A stretch of 64,000 nucleotides of DNA from IMG/VR virus record IMGVR_UViG_3300044296_000314; one strand, given 5' to 3'. Below, in pieces: positions 56,638-64,000 of this stretch. The position numbers were made by a program, and so were the translations under genes. The notes below the pieces were generated by a model that was given only the letters and a program-made list of their open reading frames with translations, was not told the origin of the DNA and did no database searches. The DNA comes from an uncultured virus (IMG/VR IMGVR_UViG_3300044296_000314). Lineage: Duplodnaviria > Heunggongvirae > Uroviricota > Caudoviricetes. Numbering within the stretch: the first letter of the stretch is position 1; each line of letters starts with the position of its first letter.

Positions 56638-59600
56638 TGCCTGTCGGTAATATAAACACTGCCAAAGAGCTGGTGATAGGTTATAAACCCCTGTTGCTGG
56701 CAGTGATCACTTTCACGGACTCCATCGGAAGCCCCACTAAGCGCAGGTACGCTTCGTCCGGACTGAACACCGCTGACGGGAGCTTTGTTCCGGTTATCAG
56801 TGGTTTCCCAGAGACGGGTCAATCATTTCTCACCAGAATCAAGAATTCAGAAATCGCCGCCACGCAAGCTCTCAGCGAGCAAGGCATCGACGTCACGCCC
56901 ACAGTAACTTTGGAACTGTCCGACGTGGACAAAGCACTGTGGGTGGACGAAAAGAATCTGGGACACAAAGGGGCTGATCTAACCCTGTACTTTGTGTTTT
57001 GGAATGTCGGACAAAATGATTTCAGTTCCGATTATTTCCTGATATTTTCAGGTGTTTGCGGACCAGGCAGTGTGTCAGAGAAGACCTTGTCCGTCTCGGC
57101 AGTGAGCCGATCCAATCTTGCCCAGAAATACTTGCCGACGTTCCATGTACAGAGGCGTTGTAGCCACATCTTCCCCGACACGACCCTGTTGAACACCACA
57201 GAGGCTACCGCGCTGCACCAGCAGGTGGCCGACGACCCCAGCCATCCTAGCTATGCGTGTCACTACTCGGTTCTGGCTTCGGGGTCTGGGGCGCGTGGCA
57301 ACATGAACGGAGGGTCTCACTACCAGTCGTGCGGGCAAACGTTTGAGCAGTGTATTGAGCGCATGGGCAATTCCGCCCTGGTGGCGCCCCCGTTTGCTCC
57401 TATTGAGAAGGACACTTCTGGCCGATTTACTGGAACTTTTTCAGGAGTGCGCTGGGATCAACCAGCCAAGTTTCAGTCTCGTGGCTATGCTGAGAAGGCC
57501 TCCATCGAGGGCTTGAATTCTGTCAACGAAGCCAAGTATAATGACCTAGTCCCCATGGGTTGGGGCACGTTCTGGGTCGATCCTGTGATATTGAACGTAG
57601 TTGGTGATGCCAACTTCACTCGATTCGAGGCCTTGGTAGGCGTGGGTGAGTATTCCAGTCTGCGCAAGGTTATCGTGAATGACATTGAGATCGATAAGTG
57701 GGGCACCAGCACTGATCAACAGAATCAGCAGATCAGCCTACAGATGCATTGGCGAGAATGGAACACAGGTTCAGTGTTCGGTCGAGTTAATGGGGACACC
57801 GTGTACGATTTCAACGGGGATCCCTATGGCAGCCAGAAGGTGATCAGCGTAACTATTCCGCGCAAGCTGAATCCCAGCAGTTCGATTCCTCGCGTGCGTA
57901 TTCTGGCGGATGGTCCCAAAACTCGCAAATATCAGAGCATCTCCTCAATCAGCGTATCGGGCGGCGTGGCGACTGCCACGTTAGTTGGTATCAACCGGGA
58001 TATTGCTGGTAACGGTACATTTAACTTCACCATCGCGGGCAGCAGCAAATCAGACGTCAACGGCAGCTACACCTCGTTGACCAACTGGACGTATGGACCT
58101 CCAGGAACCATCCAGTTCCCTACTGGCGCCTCCAACGGATCTGGCACGGGAGGTTACATACGTTATGAGCAAGTCAATACCAACCCTGCCTGGATCATAT
58201 TGGATGCTTTGACCTGGCTGGACTACAAATACTCCCGCATCGATCTTGACTCCTTCATGGCAGCTGCGGCCTTCTATGATGAAAACATCAACTATACAGA
58301 TCAGTACGGAGTGACCAATAGCCATGCCCGATTCAAGCTGAGCCTGGGATTGCGTCAGCGCACTGTTGGGTCGGACCTGATACGGCAGCTCAGGACCAGC
58401 TGTCGCTCAACCCTGGTGCCGCACCCCACCACAGGGGCTTTGCAGCTGATGCCGGATCGGACTCTGGCCTCTCAGCAGCCTAGTGCTGTTGCCGGAAGCA
58501 ACTATAACATCAGCGTAAAGAGCGTCAACGAGGCCGGCACAGTAACTCCTGGGTACGTGGCCTACAAGTTCTCCTACAGCACTATTGCGCAATCTAACGC
58601 ACAAGGGGATTCCTCGTTCTCCATGGAACAGCTTCCGATTCAAAGCACTCCCAATCGGGTGTCCTTTCCGTTTGCTGATGAGGACAACAGCTTTCAATCG
58701 GACAGCCTGACGCTAGTGGACGCGGAGGACATTCGGCGCAGTGGCCAGGAAGTTAACGGGTCCATACCAGTGATCGGTATCATGAATTTCGATCAGGCGG
58801 CGCGCACTGCTGCGCATTGGATGGCGATCAAGTCTCGAGGAAACAATAGGGGAGATACAGGCGGCACCTATCAGTTTTCCTTGGAAACCACGTATCGTTG
58901 CGTTCATCTTCGACTTGGTCACATTGTACTTGTGGATTACCCACAGTATGGCCTAAACGCCGGAATTGAGTCCCCAGCGGGAACTGCAATTAACGGGTTC
59001 TTGGCTCGTGTGATGTCGATCAAGCCTTCTGCCAATTTCGAGAGAGTCAAGCTGGTACTGCAGTATCACGTCGATGCTCACTACTTGGACAGCTGGGGAC
59101 AATCAGCTGCCCCACGTTACTCCGGACTGAGACGTGACCGATTGTCGCGGCCAGCATTGCCTTGGCTGCCGTACGAGCAACAGCCAGAAGCTTCCTCAAG
59201 TCTTTTTCCTGTTACTGAGTGGGGATTCAGCATTGCGGCGGACTACTCAGTGGGAGCAAACCTGGAGCCTCAGGCTAAACTGATTGCGCGTGGCAAAATG
59301 CCAGTCAATAGCCTGGCGCCTAGCAGTTTATCCCCGCCTGCTGTGGGTAGCCAGGGCACGACCGCTTCGACAGGCGGTACCATCACAGGCAACCAAAAGA
59401 TCTGGGCCCAGATAAGCGTGGAGGACTCCGACGGGCTTTCCTCAGCTCCCTCTGATTCAGATACAGCTTGCGAGATTGATATTCCGTCTGGCACCAATAC
59501 CAACACCATAACCATTCCAGTGCTACAATGGGACTATCCGGAGGGAACCAACTACACCCTATTTGCCGGAAACTCCAGGAGCAAGCTCTCCCAGCAGGCC

Positions 59601-61058
59601 ACTGGCGCAGTGACAAGCGACACCACACCAGCGTCCATTACCCTGAGCTCATTGAACGAGGCCACCTGGGGTATGCCGGATGTGGAATTTGACTCCGCTA
59701 TTCTGCGCGGTAAGGTTTGCGTTAGAGCTGGACTCATTGGGGCGGAGGTTTTGTCAGTTACCTCCAACACCATACAAATGAGCCTGTTTACGGACAACCC
59801 GCTCACGGTCAATCAGTTTCAGCCAGTGTCCGGCAAATACTACCACATCATACTTGTGGGCATGGACCAGGACTATCCGTTGCCTTTGGCGAGTTGGTCC
59901 ATCAACAGCAACACTGGAGACACTTTCACAGTAACTGGACCGGATTGCACGACCATTCCGCGTGGAGACGGTACCCTCGGAATGCAGGCTGGTGACGTGG
60001 TTGTGGTAACTATGCGGCCCACTGTCGGATCAGATGCGGATGGCAACTACATAGAAGATCTGAATTGGGTGAACGCGCTCAATCCACTGTTGACCTCCCA
60101 TGAGATTGTGGGAGCTTCCAACTCCACTCCCATTGTCATCTCTACAACTGATTCACACGGATTGGTTAGTGGACAAAAGGTGTTCCAAAAAGACGTGGAG
60201 GGTAACGTAGCAGCCAACGGCGTGTTCTGGGTGAGCGTGCTCACAGATAACACATTTGAGTTGTATTCTAACGCCAGCCTGATCACTCCGGTTGCCGGGG
60301 TGGCGGACTGGATCAGCGGCGGCACTGTACAGCGCCAGTTGGAAGGTTTGACCGTTGACTCTGACATCGGCTACGAACTGTACTGCATCAAGGGTACTGG
60401 GGCGGGCAACTGGTACAAAATCAAGAAGAACTCCAGCACGCGCATCTGGATCGAAGGCAGCTGGAACGTTACTCCGGACGAAACCAGCGTGTTCGTGGTC
60501 AACAATAGCGGCTGGAACTTCAACGTTCCGACAGAAACTTTGAATAACACCGTCAATACAACACCGCTCACGTTTACCATGGATATACCCAACTACTTGG
60601 GTCAGGTGCTATTCGTGCAGGGCTTCACGCGAGATGGTGGAGGAAATGAGCCTCACCGGGCCATGTGCCCTTGGCGTTTGATCTATGTGTACGGCAGGAC
60701 AAACACGACGCTCAGCAACAACGATGGCTACTATGAGATGGAGACCATCGCCGGAGAAGTGACCCCTGATCTGGCCAACGGTCTCAGCCAGCAGGAAAGC
60801 GCCACCGGCAACGTGTTGGTCAATAACCCGGTCAATAGTGCTGGAGCCATTGTTGCTGGAATGCGACTGTATATTAAGATTGTACAGGATGCCACCGGAT
60901 ACCGCCAAGTCACCTGGGGATCTGAATTTGTTGGGTTCGCGGACGGCACGGAAGACCCGGTTCAGGATCCGAACACCTACTCTTGGTACGAATTTGTTCG
61001 CACTAACGCCGGCAAGTGGGAACTACGCAACAGTTCAAAAGGAAGACCAATATCATGA
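56637..61058 (+). CDS. tail tip/hub (host-specificity J-like) protein
   Basis: 1473 aa; NPAWIILDAL..IDLDSF, PNRVSFPFADEDNSF, LRLGHIV motifs. Confidence 0.8.
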   Translation: MPVGNINTAKELVIGYKPLLLAVITFTDSIGSPTKRRYASSGLNTADGSFVPVISGFPETGQSFLTRIKNSEIAATQALSEQGIDVTPTVTLELSDVDKALWVDEKNLGHKGADLTLYFVFWNVGQNDFSSDYFLIFSGVCGPGSVSEKTLSVSAVSRSNLAQKYLPTFHVQRRCSHIFPDTTLLNTTEATALHQQVADDPSHPSYACHYSVLASGSGARGNMNGGSHYQSCGQTFEQCIERMGNSALVAPPFAPIEKDTSGRFTGTFSGVRWDQPAKFQSRGYAEKASIEGLNSVNEAKYNDLVPMGWGTFWVDPVILNVVGDANFTRFEALVGVGEYSSLRKVIVNDIEIDKWGTSTDQQNQQISLQMHWREWNTGSVFGRVNGDTVYDFNGDPYGSQKVISVTIPRKLNPSSSIPRVRILADGPKTRKYQSISSISVSGGVATATLVGINRDIAGNGTFNFTIAGSSKSDVNGSYTSLTNWTYGPPGTIQFPTGASNGSGTGGYIRYEQVNTNPAWIILDALTWLDYKYSRIDLDSFMAAAAFYDENINYTDQYGVTNSHARFKLSLGLRQRTVGSDLIRQLRTSCRSTLVPHPTTGALQLMPDRTLASQQPSAVAGSNYNISVKSVNEAGTVTPGYVAYKFSYSTIAQSNAQGDSSFSMEQLPIQSTPNRVSFPFADEDNSFQSDSLTLVDAEDIRRSGQEVNGSIPVIGIMNFDQAARTAAHWMAIKSRGNNRGDTGGTYQFSLETTYRCVHLRLGHIVLVDYPQYGLNAGIESPAGTAINGFLARVMSIKPSANFERVKLVLQYHVDAHYLDSWGQSAAPRYSGLRRDRLSRPALPWLPYEQQPEASSSLFPVTEWGFSIAADYSVGANLEPQAKLIARGKMPVNSLAPSSLSPPAVGSQGTTASTGGTITGNQKIWAQISVEDSDGLSSAPSDSDTACEIDIPSGTNTNTITIPVLQWDYPEGTNYTLFAGNSRSKLSQQATGAVTSDTTPASITLSSLNEATWGMPDVEFDSAILRGKVCVRAGLIGAEVLSVTSNTIQMSLFTDNPLTVNQFQPVSGKYYHIILVGMDQDYPLPLASWSINSNTGDTFTVTGPDCTTIPRGDGTLGMQAGDVVVVTMRPTVGSDADGNYIEDLNWVNALNPLLTSHEIVGASNSTPIVISTTDSHGLVSGQKVFQKDVEGNVAANGVFWVSVLTDNTFELYSNASLITPVAGVADWISGGTVQRQLEGLTVDSDIGYELYCIKGTGAGNWYKIKKNSSTRIWIEGSWNVTPDETSVFVVNNSGWNFNVPTETLNNTVNTTPLTFTMDIPNYLGQVLFVQGFTRDGGGNEPHRAMCPWRLIYVYGRTNTTLSNNDGYYEMETIAGEVTPDLANGLSQQESATGNVLVNNPVNSAGAIVAGMRLYIKIVQDATGYRQVTWGSEFVGFADGTEDPVQDPNTYSWYEFVRTNAGKWELRNSSKGRPIS

Positions 61059-64000
61059 ATAAGTTCATAATCGCTCTGCTGCTGTTGATGTTCGAGCTGT
61101 GGGGTCAATCCTACAACAAGCTCCTCATCACGCCGAATCAAACTAACGTCACCCCTGGTATCCTGGGGTTTCGCCCTCTGTACCCGTCAGTGTACGAGGC
61201 ACAAATATCTGCGCCGGATACTTTGGTGGCCACGTATCGCTTACGATTGCCAGGGGGTGTGCCAACGGCTGATGGGCAGTGTCTCACCGGCACTACTGCT
61301 GGGTTGACGAATTGGGCTACCTGCGGGACTGAGCGAACGATGTCCGACTACAATTGGTCTCAGGTAATGGGAGCGCGAAGCGGATCCGGACCGATCACGC
61401 TCACGTTTACAGGAACCTCTTGTCCGGCGGCTGGAACTGATGCGGCTTACGTGTTGCGCGTGTACGAAACCGTCACGCCCACCACTTATGAGTTGGCAAT
61501 CTCCAATGGAACCGGAACCTGTGTTCGTGGTGGAGCAGGAACTATTGTCGCTACTGGACCTACGGGTACCTATACCAACGCTACGGCCACCTCTGCCAGT
61601 TCCGGCGCGCAGGAGGCCATATTTAGTGTGGCTGACGGGCTTCCTGTGCGCGTGCGGGTGAAGGAGGGTGGGTACTATGTGTACTCCGACATCGTTGATG
61701 AGACACGTCCTGTGACGATTGCGTGCGATTCCAATTCGGCGCTGTTCGTTCCCATGATCGACAACGTATCGATCATTAACAGCTCATCTCCCAGCGGGAT
61801 CCGTGTCTATAATTGCGGCTTCAACAACATCTACGCCAAATCCGGAACCAAGGCAATCAGGACGTATAATCCATACGGCGACAGCTTCGGGTCTTCCATT
61901 TCTGGGAATATGATGGCTGGATTTTCTACCTGCGCGGACCTTCAGACGGTGTACGGAATCAAGTCGTACGAATTCAATCACCACATCGACTGCACGGACA
62001 CCGCGCTGTTTTTGTCAAACGTCAATACTGGTGACGCAGGTATCGGCCTGATTGGTCCTGGCAACCTGTTCAGCGACTCAGTGACTGCCAATTATGGCGT
62101 GAATTGGAATGGTCCGGGCAACCTAAAAATCAAGCACAACAGCTTCAATGGGTATATTGAGCAAATACACCTGGAGCCAAAAATGGGTGTGGTGAACGTG
62201 TCTGGCACATCGGTTACCTGGGTCAGCGGAAACCGATTCCGTTCAACGATGGCCGGGGGCCTGCTCGTTGCCGGATCGACAGTTACCTCCACGATCGCCA
62301 CCTATAACAGCAGCACATCGTTGACCCTGGCAACTTCGCAGCCGACTTGCACCGGATGCTCATACTATGTGAACAACACCGGGCAGATGCAGATCGAGGG
62401 AAACACGCTCGACTCCTGGACCTGGACCACGCACACGGTCCGGTTCTCCGGGGGTATCCCGTTCTTCAACTGGCAATTTCAGAACAACTTCACCAGTAAT
62501 CCCAACTCCAGCACTTACTCGGCAGCGGTCACTGTCGACGGTGCCGGTTGGTATTTCGGGTCAATCAAAGGGAACAACCTCCAGAGCAGTTACGCCATTG
62601 GCAAAGCTGTGAATATCACGGCTGGGAACTTCACCACCGTAAGTGATAACGAGGTCGTAAACCACCTCACTGGCGTCAATGTTGGATCTGCCGCTATTTC
62701 GACGACCGTCGATGGAACAAAGTGTGCAAACAGCAATACCACGAATTGTGTTCTCTCGGCGTCCTCGACGACGATTGCGCGCGAAATCAACTCGGTGACC
62801 TATACACAGCTTGCCGCTTTAACATCGGCGGACTCATCGACGCTGTATTGCTCAAACTGTAAACGCACGTCGCTCGCCTCCAATACCTGCACCAGCGGTG
62901 GCAGCGGCGCACGCGCTACACGCATCAATGGGACCTGGTCATGCGACGATGGAGCGGTTAGTGGTCCGTGGTCGCCGACTGGTTCTGACATCTATTTCTC
63001 CGGCACCGGAAACGTTGGTATTCACGGCGTGCCGGTGGCCGACCTTTCGATCACAGGTGGTGGGGCGGGGGCGAATTCACTACTGATCCAGGACGGCAGT
63101 GCCACCACTACTTTGCAGCTCTTCGCTGACAGTGGTTTCGCTGTGCTTGGCACCTATACCGCGCATCCCTTCATTTTCACGACAGACTCGGTTGGGCGCT
63201 GGCGGCTGACATCAGCGGGCATGCTCCATCCAGAGACCACGGACGCTTACGACATCGGCCTCACCAGCAACCGGGTGCGTGGGCTGTATGCGCGGTTTGG
63301 AGAGTTTATGGTTTCTGGCGGGACGTCGTCATCCGACTATGTCAGCACTCGGAAGGTCAACGTCTGCGACAATTCTGGCGGATCCGGATGCTGGGATATT
63401 CAAGCTGGCGCGTCGATGGCCTCCACTTCAGAGTTCAAAATCCGTGACAACGCGGGATCTAGGTGGTTGGAGGGATGGCGAGCATCGCTTGGTTCGCCGC
63501 TGAACTTCACGTCCGTCTTCAGTGATTGGATTCCGGCAAAGCGGGCAACTGGTTCTGGAGATGCTGTGAGCGATTCGACATTTCCAAAACTGGGTTCTAC
63601 TAGCGCACCGTGGGCAGAGATGCACGCAGATCAGATTTATGGTGATCTGAAATCCAGCACCACGAACACCAAGAAGATCCAACCTGACACTGATTTGACG
63701 TGGGATCTCGGCGATCCGTCGAAGCAGTACAACGCCTTGTGGGTGGGATCTATTACAGCCACATCCAACATCACGTTTTCAGCGCGTGCCATTTTCTCAG
63801 CTGATCAGACCATTGACTTCGGCACCTCGTCCAATCGCCTTCGCCGCCTGTATGCGACCGGGTGGACGACATACGGCTCATCGTTTGCGGCGTCTGGATC
63901 TTCGATCACGATCCAATCTGGCGCCACATTTACTGATGGGCGCACCTGTTCGTCAGGCGATGTGTGGACCTCAGATGCCAGCGGTAATCTGGCGTGCGCT
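61055..64000 (+). CDS. tailspike/fibre with signal peptide and probable beta-helix domain (3' end runs off the window)
   Basis: Own translation: MNKFIIALLLLMFELWG/QSYNK..., open to the window end; ATGA overlap with the upstream gene; Asn-rich beta-helix-like repeats; YDIGLTSNRVR and WDLGDPSKQY fibre repeats. Confidence 0.8.
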   Translation, partial: MNKFIIALLLLMFELWGQSYNKLLITPNQTNVTPGILGFRPLYPSVYEAQISAPDTLVATYRLRLPGGVPTADGQCLTGTTAGLTNWATCGTERTMSDYNWSQVMGARSGSGPITLTFTGTSCPAAGTDAAYVLRVYETVTPTTYELAISNGTGTCVRGGAGTIVATGPTGTYTNATATSASSGAQEAIFSVADGLPVRVRVKEGGYYVYSDIVDETRPVTIACDSNSALFVPMIDNVSIINSSSPSGIRVYNCGFNNIYAKSGTKAIRTYNPYGDSFGSSISGNMMAGFSTCADLQTVYGIKSYEFNHHIDCTDTALFLSNVNTGDAGIGLIGPGNLFSDSVTANYGVNWNGPGNLKIKHNSFNGYIEQIHLEPKMGVVNVSGTSVTWVSGNRFRSTMAGGLLVAGSTVTSTIATYNSSTSLTLATSQPTCTGCSYYVNNTGQMQIEGNTLDSWTWTTHTVRFSGGIPFFNWQFQNNFTSNPNSSTYSAAVTVDGAGWYFGSIKGNNLQSSYAIGKAVNITAGNFTTVSDNEVVNHLTGVNVGSAAISTTVDGTKCANSNTTNCVLSASSTTIAREINSVTYTQLAALTSADSSTLYCSNCKRTSLASNTCTSGGSGARATRINGTWSCDDGAVSGPWSPTGSDIYFSGTGNVGIHGVPVADLSITGGGAGANSLLIQDGSATTTLQLFADSGFAVLGTYTAHPFIFTTDSVGRWRLTSAGMLHPETTDAYDIGLTSNRVRGLYARFGEFMVSGGTSSSDYVSTRKVNVCDNSGGSGCWDIQAGASMASTSEFKIRDNAGSRWLEGWRASLGSPLNFTSVFSDWIPAKRATGSGDAVSDSTFPKLGSTSAPWAEMHADQIYGDLKSSTTNTKKIQPDTDLTWDLGDPSKQYNALWVGSITATSNITFSARAIFSADQTIDFGTSSNRLRRLYATGWTTYGSSFAASGSSITIQSGATFTDGRTCSSGDVWTSDASGNLACA

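Noticed and set aside
41525..64000. Diversity-generating retroelement acting on the fibres
   Set aside because: No reverse transcriptase and no adenine-specific TR/VR pair noticed
1..64000. Prophage/integrase, tRNA or rRNA genes
   Set aside because: None recognised by eye and no host-like flanking genes; a tRNAscan run would be needed to exclude tRNAs formally

Overview
The window is most of the genome of a tailed dsDNA phage, probably siphovirus-like: it has a tail tube, a chaperone frameshift and a long tape measure protein, and no sheath was recognised. Two divergent arms meet at an ~850 bp non-coding, repeat-rich region (32321-33174). The minus-strand arm (1-32320) carries early genes, replication genes (PolA, AEP-like primase, SSB-like protein, four helicases, DEDDh exonuclease) and a thymidine-hypermodification cluster (dUMP hydroxymethylase, hmdU kinase components, amino acid:DNA transferase, FAD oxidoreductase, GNAT and an extra FkbM-type methyltransferase). 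The plus-strand arm (33175-64000) carries packaging, head and tail genes. Its most unusual property is that at least six fibre/spike-like or accessory late proteins, plus a 33-aa peptide, start with Sec-type signal peptides (mostly predicted to cleave before Gln), and the larger ones are rich in paired cysteines. This suggests virion appendages that are exported and folded in the periplasm. Also seen: three dispersed ~260 bp promoter cassettes driving apparently leaderless genes, a -1 frameshift in the tail chaperone, a Tlde1/DUF2778-like L,D-peptidase between terS and terL, and a shared C-terminal KEAF tail on the SSB-like protein and the primase. No integrase, tRNA or CRISPR array was recognised. 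All assignments come from reading motifs by eye; no database search was run.
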